From Fervidobacterium sp. (GTDB lineage: Bacteria; Thermotogota; Thermotogae; Thermotogales; Fervidobacteriaceae): a stretch of 64,000 nucleotides of DNA. Under the pieces are notes generated by a model that saw only the letters and a list, made by a program, of their open reading frames with translations, had not been told where the DNA came from and ran no database searches. This document shows, piece by piece, positions 48,658 through 58,316 of the stretch; position 1 is the first letter of the stretch; every line of letters starts with the position of its first letter. Both the position numbers and the translations under genes were made by a program. The stretch covers positions 165,140 through 229,139 of the forward strand of contig JBMFNR010000003.1 in NCBI GenBank assembly GCA_049970055.1, given 5' to 3'.

Positions 48658-49293
48658 ATGCGCATTGATATATTAAACTTAGGTGGTAGTATTAGGATTC
48701 CAACCTCGGTTGAAGTGGCTTACTCAACTGCCTGTTTGTTAAAAGATAACGGTAGGTTAATATTAATAGACCCTGGCGACTACCTTTCATTACATGCTCT
48801 CGAAAGGAGTTTTGAGGAACGCGGTATCGCCCTTGAGGATGTAACAGATATTTTGCTAACCCACCTTCATCTGGATCATGCTTACGCAACAAGGATGTTT
48901 CCCAACGCCACGATTTACATCCACAGTGCCTACAAGAATAAACCTTACGATAAATTCGGCCTTATAAAAAGTAAGTTGTATAAGGAAATCTTGTCTTCTT
49001 GGAAGGATGTTGTTGAAATAAAAGCGGGAGATGTTTTATTCGATAAAATCAAAGTTTTCCATACACCATGGCACGCAAAGGAACATTCCTCTTTTCTAAT
49101 CGAAACAGAGAACATGGGTAATGTACTTTACACGGGTGATATCGTTATGAATAGAGTAGAATTCTATGATATAATAAGATGGTTAAGAAAAGACGATTGT
49201 GCAAGGTTTGTAAATAAAATAGGCGCAATGTGTGATTATATAATTTTTACTCACGATGATTATGTAAAGGTTTCTGATTACTTCAGGAGGTGA
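48658..49293 (+). CDS. Metallo-beta-lactamase fold hydrolase
   Basis: LIDPG, THLHLDH, TPWH, YTGD. Confidence 0.88.
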   Translation: MRIDILNLGGSIRIPTSVEVAYSTACLLKDNGRLILIDPGDYLSLHALERSFEERGIALEDVTDILLTHLHLDHAYATRMFPNATIYIHSAYKNKPYDKFGLIKSKLYKEILSSWKDVVEIKAGDVLFDKIKVFHTPWHAKEHSSFLIETENMGNVLYTGDIVMNRVEFYDIIRWLRKDDCARFVNKIGAMCDYIIFTHDDYVKVSDYFRR

Positions 49294-49298
49294 GTATA

Positions 49299-50756
49299 AT
49301 GAAGGTAGCTATGGTTTCATACGAAGTTTATCCATTTGCAAAGGTGGGTGGGCTGGCTGATGTAGTAGGAGCACTGCCAAAATATCTGGAAAAACAAGGA
49401 GTAAGCGTCGACATATATATGCCGTTCCATAAAAGGGTAAAGGAAAATGCACAAAAGTACGGATGGAATATTGAAAAAATTGCCGAAAGTGTGGATACTC
49501 CACACTTAATGACGGAAGAAAAATTCAGTATTCACAAAACACAATTACCAGGTGCTAAAAATGTGAATGTATTTCTCATTGCGAATGATTATTATTTCAG
49601 TGCTGATGAAGTATACGAAGGTCCGGATTTGGCAGAGCAAGCTATCTTCTTCTCCTACAGTGTGATCGAAGCAATGAGAAAACTGAATTTCGAGTACGAT
49701 GTGGTGCATGTTAACGATTGGCAAACAGCTTTAATCCCAGTGTATTTAAAAACGATTTTCCGCGAAGATGCAACACTCTCAAGAATGGCATCGTTGTTAA
49801 CAATACATAACCTTGGTTATCAAGGTATATACGAACCCGAATACATGAAATTTGCAGGCCTGCCAGAATATTTGTACAATATTGATGGAATAGAGTTTTA
49901 CGGTAAGATCAACTTCCTCAAAGGTGGCATTATATTTTCAGATATCATAAGTACTGTAAGCCCTACTTACTCAAGAGAGATTCAAACAAAGGAATATGGT
50001 GAAAAATTAGATGGTGTGCTACGAGCCCGTGCGTCTGATCTTTACGGTATACTAAACGGCATTGATTACGAAGAATTCGACCCAGCAACAGACAAAAGAA
50101 TCTACGTTAATTACGATGTGAATAGCATTGAGAGAAAGAAAGAGAACAAGTACTTACTCCAGAAAGAACTTGGCCTTCCACAAAAAGATGTACCAATGAT
50201 TGGTATGATTAACAGACTTGTTGATCAAAAAGGCCTTGATATTATGGCCGAGATTATGGATTATGTTTCGCTCTTTGATATTCAGTTTGTTTTACTTGGA
50301 ACTGGGGAAGAAAAATACGAAAACATGTTCAAAAAGCTAGGTGAGAGCTATCCAGAAAAATATTCTATAAATTTGAAGTTCGACGTTGTACTTGCACAGA
50401 AGATATACGCAGGGTGTGATATCTTCTTAATGCCTTCACGGTATGAACCTTGCGGATTAGGACAGATGTACAGTCTTAGGTATGGAACGATTCCCGTCGT
50501 ACGCTATACTGGAGGTCTTGCTGATACCGTTAAAGAGTATAATCCATTAACAAAGGAAGGAAATGGATTTGGATTCGAAGGTTTTGATTCAGCACACTTA
50601 CTGAAAGCTGTCGCAAAGGCCATTTACTACTACAACAGTGACGATGACTGGAAAACATTGATTAGAAACGCGATGACGATGGATTTAAGTTGGGATAAAT
50701 CGGCTAAAGAATATGTAAAGCTTTACCAACGGGCAGTAGGAAAAGTTCAGAGGTAA
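49299..50756 (+). CDS. glgA: Glycogen synthase (ADP-glucose, GT5)
   Basis: KVGGLADV, NDWQT, TIHNLGYQG, RLVDQKG, PSRYEPCGL. Confidence 0.97.
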   Translation: MKVAMVSYEVYPFAKVGGLADVVGALPKYLEKQGVSVDIYMPFHKRVKENAQKYGWNIEKIAESVDTPHLMTEEKFSIHKTQLPGAKNVNVFLIANDYYFSADEVYEGPDLAEQAIFFSYSVIEAMRKLNFEYDVVHVNDWQTALIPVYLKTIFREDATLSRMASLLTIHNLGYQGIYEPEYMKFAGLPEYLYNIDGIEFYGKINFLKGGIIFSDIISTVSPTYSREIQTKEYGEKLDGVLRARASDLYGILNGIDYEEFDPATDKRIYVNYDVNSIERKKENKYLLQKELGLPQKDVPMIGMINRLVDQKGLDIMAEIMDYVSLFDIQFVLLGTGEEKYENMFKKLGESYPEKYSINLKFDVVLAQKIYAGCDIFLMPSRYEPCGLGQMYSLRYGTIPVVRYTGGLADTVKEYNPLTKEGNGFGFEGFDSAHLLKAVAKAIYYYNSDDDWKTLIRNAMTMDLSWDKSAKEYVKLYQRAVGKVQR

Positions 50757-50789
50757 AAAGTTGAAAGATTGTGATAAGGAGGAATTCTA

Positions 50790-51812
50790 ATGCCAGAATA
50801 TAGGAAAGACCCTGTAGTAAAACGTTGGGTAATTATTTCCACAGAGAGGGCAAAAAGACCTCACGATTTTCAGGTTCAACCAGAGGAAGTAAAATCGGGA
50901 TTTTGTCCGTTCGATTACGGTAACGAACATACAACACCGCCAGAAATATTAGCTTTCAGACCTCCGGAAACACAGCCCAACACGCCAGGTTGGTGGGTGA
51001 GAGTTGTTTCAAATAAATTTCCAGCAGTTGATCCAACTCTCACTGTTGATAGGTATGGACATGGTATGTACGATGCAATGACAGGGTTTGGATACCATGA
51101 AGTAATCATTGAAACTCCCGATCACAATTCTACATTTGCGTTGTATGATTACAAACAAACGGAAGAAGTAGTGTGGGCATATTTGAAAAGATACCGTGCA
51201 ATGGCTCAAGATGAAAGAGTAAAGTACATACTTATATTTAGAAATCATGGCAAAGAAGGCGGAGCTTCCCTAGCCCACCCGCATAGTCAAATTATTGCAA
51301 CGCCTGTTGTTCCTAAAACCGTTCAGGAAGAACTCGATGGTGCGAGAGATTATTATTCTTACAAAGAAAGATGTGTATTTTGCGATATGATAAACCAAGA
51401 AAAAATCGAAGGTAGGCGTGTAGTTGAAGAAAACGAACACTTCATAGCTTTCGAGCCCTATGCTGCAAGGTTTCCTTTTGAAACTTGGGTATTACCTAAG
51501 AAGCACTCACATAACTTTGGAAGCATTTCAGAAGATGAGGTAAGATCCTTTGCTCAAATTATGAAGAATGTTTTGCATAGAATTCATATTGTATTAAATA
51601 ACCCACCGTACAACTTCCTTATTCATACAGCACCCGTAGGCGAAGAAGGGAAAACTTATTATCACTGGCACGTTGAGATAATACCAAGGCTTACAAGAGT
51701 TGCAGGCTTTGAATGGGGTTCTGGATTTTACATAAATCCGGTACCACCGGAAGATGCTACAAAATATCTTGTTGAAAATTACAAAGAGATCCTGGAAGCA
51801 CAGGAAAAATAA
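50790..51812 (+). CDS. galT: GalT-family hexose-1-phosphate nucleotidyltransferase
   Basis: RAKRP, NKFPA, HEVIIETP, GASLAHPHSQ, CVFC, HWHVEIIPR, AGFEWGSG. Confidence 0.88.
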   Translation: MPEYRKDPVVKRWVIISTERAKRPHDFQVQPEEVKSGFCPFDYGNEHTTPPEILAFRPPETQPNTPGWWVRVVSNKFPAVDPTLTVDRYGHGMYDAMTGFGYHEVIIETPDHNSTFALYDYKQTEEVVWAYLKRYRAMAQDERVKYILIFRNHGKEGGASLAHPHSQIIATPVVPKTVQEELDGARDYYSYKERCVFCDMINQEKIEGRRVVEENEHFIAFEPYAARFPFETWVLPKKHSHNFGSISEDEVRSFAQIMKNVLHRIHIVLNNPPYNFLIHTAPVGEEGKTYYHWHVEIIPRLTRVAGFEWGSGFYINPVPPEDATKYLVENYKEILEAQEK

Positions 51813-51836
51813 TTCTATTGAGAAAGGAGAAAGTAT

Positions 51837-52643
51837 ATGGATTTTAGACTATCAGAAGATCAAAAGATAAAAACGCTCAAAGAAAATGTTAGGCACTTCA
51901 TCGCTGTCTTAAGTGGTAAAGGTGGCGTTGGAAAAACTACAGTCTCTGTGAATTTAGCTACAGCACTTGCTGAAAGTGGTTATAACGTGGGTATTCTTGA
52001 TTTAGACATCCATGGGCCGGATATTGTAAGAATGCTTGGTGGGAACGCCATCCCAAGTGTTGACGAGGATGAAAAAATTGTACCTGCGCAAATTATGCCC
52101 AATTTAAAGGCTCTATCAATTTCAATGCTTGTTGAAGAAGGTAAACCTATAATTTGGCGTGGACCACTGAAACATTCGGCGATAAAGCAATTCCTTGGTG
52201 ATACGAATTGGGGGCAACTCGATTTTATGATTTTTGATTTACCACCGGGAACAGGAGACGAAGCATTGAGTTTATTGCAAACACTTGGAAATATAGATGG
52301 TGTGGTGATAGTTACAACGCCTCAGAAAGTTGCACTCGACGATGTTAGGAGAGCCATTGGCTTCGTACATTCTATGAATCAAAAAGTTTTAGGTATTGTT
52401 GAAAATATGTCGTACATGAGATGCAAAGATGAAGTTGTTTATCCGTTTGGAAAAGCAGGTGCAGATATACTTGCTCGAGAGTACGGTGTACCTGTACTTG
52501 GCAGAATACCGATGGATCCACAAGCACTAGAATTACTAGATGAAGGAAAACCTATTACACTTTACTACAGAGAAAGCGAAATCGAAAAGGCATTCAGAGA
52601 GTTAGCGGAGAATATTGCAAAAGTTGTAGGAGCTGATAAATAG
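51837..52643 (+). CDS. mrp: Mrp/NBP35 (ApbC) family P-loop ATPase
   Basis: SGKGGVGKTT, IIWRGP, DLPPGTGD, VTTPQ, GIVENMS. Confidence 0.92.
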   Translation: MDFRLSEDQKIKTLKENVRHFIAVLSGKGGVGKTTVSVNLATALAESGYNVGILDLDIHGPDIVRMLGGNAIPSVDEDEKIVPAQIMPNLKALSISMLVEEGKPIIWRGPLKHSAIKQFLGDTNWGQLDFMIFDLPPGTGDEALSLLQTLGNIDGVVIVTTPQKVALDDVRRAIGFVHSMNQKVLGIVENMSYMRCKDEVVYPFGKAGADILAREYGVPVLGRIPMDPQALELLDEGKPITLYYRESEIEKAFRELAENIAKVVGADK

Positions 52644-52671
52644 CTAAGATAAAAGAAAGGGAAGTGGAACA

Positions 52672-53133
52672 TTGAGAATCGAACCACCATTGAACGATCC
52701 AAAGTTGAAGAGTTCACCAGTCAAAGGTAAAAAGACAAGTAAGAAAGATTCCGTAAAGAGCAAGTCGCAATCTGATTTTTTTGGAATCTTTGAAGAAGCT
52801 GAAACAGAAGCGATAAGAAAGACCATCGAGGAAATGGTGAGCGAAGTTGTTGAGGCTGGGAATGATTTTGTCCGTTCACCAACGCATGAAAATCTAAGAA
52901 AATACAAAGAACGTATCAAAAATGTGCTCAAATACATTGAAAAAAATTTGTACAAAATCGCAGGAAAATACGATTTTTCTCTTTCGCAACCAAGATTGCA
53001 CATTGTAGCGGAACAGATAGATGAAAGATTAATGCAAATATCTTCTTTATTAATGGAAGCCGAAAAAAACACAATTAAACTTGCTGAAAAAGTTGGTGAG
53101 ATAAACGGATTGATATTTGATCTGTACAAATAA
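52672..53133 (+). CDS. YaaR/DUF327 family protein
   Basis: G..F..SPT..NL.KYK..IK and C-terminal [10 protein letters not shown]. Confidence 0.8.
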   Translation: MRIEPPLNDPKLKSSPVKGKKTSKKDSVKSKSQSDFFGIFEEAETEAIRKTIEEMVSEVVEAGNDFVRSPTHENLRKYKERIKNVLKYIEKNLYKIAGKYDFSLSQPRLHIVAEQIDERLMQISSLLMEAEKNTIKLAEKVGEINGLIFDLYK

Positions 53134-53156
53134 TTTTCATCTTTCAACGGAAGGAG

Positions 53157-53912
53157 TTGTCTTTGATGAAAGAATTTTTACTGGGCGTTATTCAGGGACT
53201 TACTGAATTCTTACCAGTGTCAAGTTCGGGGCACCTTGGTTTATTCTCTAAAATCATGAGCATACCGTCTGACCTTGCTTTTTTTGCATTCCTTCACCTC
53301 GCCACTTTTTTGGTAGTTTTACTTTTCTTATGGAGTGATGTTTGGAGTACTTTATTGGGACTTTTTAAATTAGACAAAAGCGCTTGGAGTTTGGTATTTA
53401 AAATCATTGTGTCCTCTATACCAGCAGGTTTGGTAGGGCTACTTTTTGAGTCTAAAATTGAGCAGTTTTTCTCTTCACAAAAAGTTATAGGTGTGTTTTT
53501 TCTTTTTACAGCTATTTTACTTTGGTTATCTGATACATTTCATGGAAAAAAGACAATTGATACAATAACTTACATTGATGCACTCGTAATTGGTTTGTTC
53601 CAAATGGTCGCTATCTTACCAGGTATTTCCAGAAGTGGTTTGACATTAATCGGTGCGTTGTTAATCGGTATGTCAAGAGTAGACGCTTTCAAGTATTCTT
53701 TTTTGTTGAGCTTACCTGTAACACTAGCTGCTGGTATGCTTGAATTGAAGTATGTAGTGTTTACATTGCAAGTGTTCTCAGGCTTTACTGGTGCTTTTAT
53801 TGCAGGACTTGTTGCTTTAATTATTGTAAAAAACATGACCATATCGGCACATATGAAATTCTTTTCCCTATATCTTTTGATACCAGCAATTATAAGCTTT
53901 TTTGTAAAATAA
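53157..53912 (+). CDS. uppP: Undecaprenyl-diphosphate phosphatase
   Basis: [25 protein letters not shown]. Confidence 0.96.
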   Translation: MSLMKEFLLGVIQGLTEFLPVSSSGHLGLFSKIMSIPSDLAFFAFLHLATFLVVLLFLWSDVWSTLLGLFKLDKSAWSLVFKIIVSSIPAGLVGLLFESKIEQFFSSQKVIGVFFLFTAILLWLSDTFHGKKTIDTITYIDALVIGLFQMVAILPGISRSGLTLIGALLIGMSRVDAFKYSFLLSLPVTLAAGMLELKYVVFTLQVFSGFTGAFIAGLVALIIVKNMTISAHMKFFSLYLLIPAIISFFVK

Positions 53913-53930
53913 GATGTCTGTCGTAATTTT

Positions 53931-53974
53931 TAAGCCCCGAGCATACTTTAGATGAGCGGGGCTTATTATTTTTT
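53931..53974 (+). terminator. Intrinsic terminator
   Basis: TAAGCCCCG...CGGGGCTTA followed by TTATTTTTT. Confidence 0.78.
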
Positions 53975-54054
53975 CAGTGGACGCAAACAATATCATAACG
54001 ATATCATATGGTATAATTTAAATGAAATAGACTGGTGGCAAGGGGTGATGATGT

Positions 54055-54696
54055 GTGAAGAGATATATATGGATCATTATTGTATTTTTCTTGTCCCTTT
54101 CAGTACACGTTTATTCCATAGAATTTTTCATTAATACCAAAGATGGTATAGGTGTTTGTGGAAATTATAATATTGTGTCTTATACCATTGGTTATCCATA
54201 CAGTGAAATTGGTTTGGAGTTTCCCGTTGGTAATGAGAAAAACTTTTTTGTAGCCATTTTTGGCGGAGCAGACCTTTTGAATAATGTTACTCAAGCTTCA
54301 TTCAATATATCATTTAAAGCGGAAAACTTTAAGTTGTCCATACCGTTTATAATAAGTACAAAACCACCGTTATCAAATGAAGCTTCCGAAGTTGGTAGAG
54401 TATACGTTGGTATCGTTCCTTCGCTTGCTGTTTTTAAAAATCTGGAAATCGAGTTTAGTAATTACTATTCTTGGATATACCTGTGGTATGATCCGGCATT
54501 TGAAGTAAATATTCCATCAATAAGATCAGACGACGTCTTCAGATCGAAGTTAGAATTTAAGGTTTCATATGTCCTTGACTCACTTTCATTTGGAATAGGC
54601 TACAATATGCTAATTAAATGGCTGTCGTACAGAAGTTCTTTCATAAGTAAAGATGACGCCTTGTACTTTGAGGCGAAATTCAAAGTAAAGTTCTAA
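54055..54696 (+). CDS. Hypothetical exported protein, possibly an outer-membrane beta-barrel
   Basis: Signal peptide, alternating aromatic/hydrophobic strands, C-terminal LYFEAKFKVKF. Confidence 0.65.
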   Translation: MKRYIWIIIVFFLSLSVHVYSIEFFINTKDGIGVCGNYNIVSYTIGYPYSEIGLEFPVGNEKNFFVAIFGGADLLNNVTQASFNISFKAENFKLSIPFIISTKPPLSNEASEVGRVYVGIVPSLAVFKNLEIEFSNYYSWIYLWYDPAFEVNIPSIRSDDVFRSKLEFKVSYVLDSLSFGIGYNMLIKWLSYRSSFISKDDALYFEAKFKVKF

Positions 54697-54723
54697 ACGC
54701 AACTTTACGTAACTTTAAAGAAG

Positions 54724-55896
54724 GTGAAATTTTTGAAGACTAAGATAGACGAAGCCATTTCAAATCTTATAAAGCAAAATGCGTTTTATGCTTATTTACT
54801 AATGGGGAGTAATTTCACAGAAGCTAATATTAAGAATATCAGACTTACTGTAACAAGAAACGGGAATTTTCTATTCTTATACAACCCTGTGAGTATAGCA
54901 ACGAAAAGTGTGAACATGATTGAGGGATTGCTGCTTCACGAATTGATGCATTTTATAAATAGACATTATCTGATAATACCAAAAGATACAAGAGACAAGA
55001 CAGTATGGGATTTGGCAAAAGATGCCGCTATTAATCAATTCATTCCGCAATTAGATGCCTTGAGTATACCATTAAATGTACTGATTGCAGAACAACACGG
55101 AACTGACAACGACATAATCTTCGTTGGTCCACCAGTTAATATGCTCAATAAAACCGCCGAAGAATATCATGACTACATTGTCGAAGAATTCTTAAAAAAA
55201 GGAAATTACGACATTGAAGCTATTGCGGAAAATATCCCAAATAAACATGAAATCGAAAATGACGTACCCATAGAGATGATAGTGGAACTCACACAAAACA
55301 AAATTGGCAAAGCCTTCAACCTATTTGGTAATGAGCTTCCATCAGGTTTGAAACAATTTGTACAGTTTATGATTTCAAAACCCTTGATAAACTGGGAAGT
55401 GGCGATCAGAAGGTTTGCAGGACTATCTCAGAAAGGCGAGAAATACTCTACGCCTTTGAGACCAAATAGAAGGTACGAAGCCCAACCTGGATGGAGATAT
55501 ATTTACGAACCGAAACTTTCCGTAATAATAGATACAAGTGGAAGTATAATAGAAGAAGAATTAAACGCTTTCATGGCAGAAATCGAGGCGATAGCAAAAC
55601 AAGGAATTCCACTGACAGTTATACAAGTTGACAAATCCGTTACTTTCGTCGGAGAATATAGATCTGGTAACTGGAAAAATTTCGAGGTTTACGGTGGAGG
55701 GGAAACTGATCTTCAACCCGCTGTTGATTTGGTCCAAACAAAGTTTAGGAGTGAAGGAATTATTATATTTACCGATGGATACGTTGATTTACCGAAAGTT
55801 GATAGAAGAGTAATGTTCATATTGAGTAAAAAACATAACCCGGAATTCTATTTCGACGCCAAACATATGTACGGTAGCGTTTACATCCTTAGTTAA
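54724..55896 (+). CDS. DUF2201-type putative metallopeptidase (HExxH) plus vWA-like domain protein
   Basis: LLHELMH, A.DAAIN, TAEEY, RPNRR; MIDAS DTSGS...GGET...FTDGY. Start may be TTG 54733. Confidence 0.82.
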   Translation: MKFLKTKIDEAISNLIKQNAFYAYLLMGSNFTEANIKNIRLTVTRNGNFLFLYNPVSIATKSVNMIEGLLLHELMHFINRHYLIIPKDTRDKTVWDLAKDAAINQFIPQLDALSIPLNVLIAEQHGTDNDIIFVGPPVNMLNKTAEEYHDYIVEEFLKKGNYDIEAIAENIPNKHEIENDVPIEMIVELTQNKIGKAFNLFGNELPSGLKQFVQFMISKPLINWEVAIRRFAGLSQKGEKYSTPLRPNRRYEAQPGWRYIYEPKLSVIIDTSGSIIEEELNAFMAEIEAIAKQGIPLTVIQVDKSVTFVGEYRSGNWKNFEVYGGGETDLQPAVDLVQTKFRSEGIIIFTDGYVDLPKVDRRVMFILSKKHNPEFYFDAKHMYGSVYILS

Positions 55897-55916
55897 AAAA
55901 GCGGAGGTAATTAAAA

Positions 55917-58301
55917 ATGGAAGATTTACATAAGGAAAAGATGGAATATTTGCAGGAATTAAAGAAAAAAATAGACTACGATCTAGTACTTGATACGTAT
56001 AAACAATACTGTTATTCTGTGCTCGGAAAAGAATATCTTGAAGAACTTAATCCGTATAGTGTTAATGCTAAGTATGAATTAACCTATATCTCGGAACTGT
56101 GTGAAATCATCAGAGCAAGTGGCTATCCTAATGCTGACTCATTTATAGACATAAGACCGATTCTTTTAAAAATTGAGAATGGTTCAATCATTGATGAAAT
56201 CGAATTGCTAACAGTACTCAGATTCCTTGAAGGTGTTAAATCATTAAGATTGATGTTCAAAGATCAAAAAGGGCCTATTTTTCAATCTGGATTTGTTAGC
56301 TTAGTGCTAAAATTGGGAAACTACGACGAAATTATAGATACTATAAAGAAGGCAGTAGACGAAAAGGGTAATATAAAAGATTCTGCTTCAGTATTGCTGA
56401 AAAAAATACGAACCGAGTTCGCTGAGACAACAAAAGAGTTAAGACATAAAGTGGAGCGTTTTATAATAGGCAACCAAAACTTACTTCAAGAGGTTACGTA
56501 CACTATAAAGAATGATCGGTATGTATTACCAGTGAAAACTAATGAGCGCAGTAAGATAAAAGGAATTGTGCATGGTACTTCTTCATCAGGTTTAACTGTT
56601 TATGTCGAACCAGAGGAGTTTATACCATTAAATGATAAAATCAGAATCTTAGCAGAAGAAGAGGCAAAAGAAATAGCAAGAATTTTACGAGAGATAACCA
56701 ACAAAATTTTTGACAGATTAAATTCGTTAAGATCGGATATTGAACTTTTAAAGCGTCTTGATGCACTTTACGCAAGAGCTCGATACGTGATAGAAAAGAA
56801 TGCTTCCGTGATATTACCGGAAGGAAGTTATCTCAAGCTTTCAAGAGCTCGGCATCCACTCATACCATCCGACAGAGTAGTCCCAATAGATATAGAACTG
56901 CCATCGGATAAATCAGGTATTGTTATAACTGGCCCAAACACAGGTGGCAAGACTGTATCATTAAAAACAGTTGCGCTATCAATTGTTCTTTCACGTAGCG
57001 GATTCCCGATTCTCGTTGGTGAAAGTTCAAGAATACCAGATGTTGACGTGTACGTTGATATTGGAGATAGTCAAAATATCTTAGAGAACCTTAGTACGTT
57101 TTCCGGACATATTTACAATATCGTCCGTTCTTTAAACTTGGCAGATGAAAAATCCATCGTTTTGATAGATGAACTTGGTTCAGGAACAGATCCGTATGAA
57201 GGAAGTGCAATAGCACTTGGCATAATAGAAGAATTGATTGATAGAAAAATAAGATTCATAGTAACAACACATCTCACACCTATAAAGTTATATTCAATGT
57301 CCCATGATAAACTTATAAACGCATCCATGGAGTTTGATCCCGAGACACTTTCACCCACCTACAGGATACTTATGAACGTGCCTGGCGGTTCACATGCCTT
57401 TGATATAGCACGAAAATACGGTCTTGCAGAAAGAATACTTGAAAGAGCTTGGCAACATCTCAATGAGGAGCATGTGAAGATAGAAGAATTAATCAAAAAT
57501 CTTAATAAACACGTCAGTGAACTCGAGGTAAAGAAAAGAGAATTAGAAAATACAATCAGGGATTATCAAAAACAGAAGAGAGAATTCGAAGAAAAATACA
57601 AACTACTAAAGGTGAAGAGAATAGAGGAACTTGATAAAGAACTGAGAGAGGTTTACAAAGATATTCAGAAAGCAAGAAAAGATTTACAAATTTCTCTACA
57701 AAGTAAGAAAACAGATAGTGAAGAGCTGATGAAAAAAAGACTTAAAGAAATGGAAGAAGAAGTTAAGCACCTTGAGAAGTTAGAGCAGAAAGTGGAAAAG
57801 GTAATATACGAGACAAGAGTGCCCCAGCAAAAAAGGGATATTTCAGTGGGTGATTACGTTAGATTAATTGATGGCACAACTGTTGGGAAGGTTATAGAAT
57901 CAAAACCAAAAGGTTTTGTTGTTGATTTCAATGGTTTGAAAATTGAAGTAAAACCCGAAAAGCTCGAAAAAGTACTTGTCACAAATAATACAAAAGAAGG
58001 CAAAGACATTGAGAACGTGATAACTTCACACATATCGAAAAGAACGTATGCACCAGTGATTAGTAAAAACGAAATAGATGTAAGGGGACTAACTGTAGAA
58101 GAGGCTATCGAAAAAATTGACGAATTCATTGATCAGCTTTTACTTTCAGATTTTACTGTCGGTTACATAATTCATGGCAAAGGAACTGGAAAACTTGCGA
58201 CAGGTATATGGAAGTATTTAAGATCAGATAAAAGGGTGAAAAATTACCGATTTGGCAGACCAGATGAAGGTGGTGTAGGTGTAACTGTCGTTGAAATATA
58301 A
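55917..58301 (+). CDS. mutS2: Endonuclease MutS2
   Basis: HGTSSSGLTVYVEP, TGPNTGGKT, LSTFSGH, DELGSGTDP, coiled coil, Smr domain (IDVRG...IIHGKGTG...GGVGVT). Confidence 0.96.
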   Translation: MEDLHKEKMEYLQELKKKIDYDLVLDTYKQYCYSVLGKEYLEELNPYSVNAKYELTYISELCEIIRASGYPNADSFIDIRPILLKIENGSIIDEIELLTVLRFLEGVKSLRLMFKDQKGPIFQSGFVSLVLKLGNYDEIIDTIKKAVDEKGNIKDSASVLLKKIRTEFAETTKELRHKVERFIIGNQNLLQEVTYTIKNDRYVLPVKTNERSKIKGIVHGTSSSGLTVYVEPEEFIPLNDKIRILAEEEAKEIARILREITNKIFDRLNSLRSDIELLKRLDALYARARYVIEKNASVILPEGSYLKLSRARHPLIPSDRVVPIDIELPSDKSGIVITGPNTGGKTVSLKTVALSIVLSRSGFPILVGESSRIPDVDVYVDIGDSQNILENLSTFSGHIYNIVRSLNLADEKSIVLIDELGSGTDPYEGSAIALGIIEELIDRKIRFIVTTHLTPIKLYSMSHDKLINASMEFDPETLSPTYRILMNVPGGSHAFDIARKYGLAERILERAWQHLNEEHVKIEELIKNLNKHVSELEVKKRELENTIRDYQKQKREFEEKYKLLKVKRIEELDKELREVYKDIQKARKDLQISLQSKKTDSEELMKKRLKEMEEEVKHLEKLEQKVEKVIYETRVPQQKRDISVGDYVRLIDGTTVGKVIESKPKGFVVDFNGLKIEVKPEKLEKVLVTNNTKEGKDIENVITSHISKRTYAPVISKNEIDVRGLTVEEAIEKIDEFIDQLLLSDFTVGYIIHGKGTGKLATGIWKYLRSDKRVKNYRFGRPDEGGVGVTVVEI

Positions 58302-58316
58302 TTGGAGGTGTTTTTG

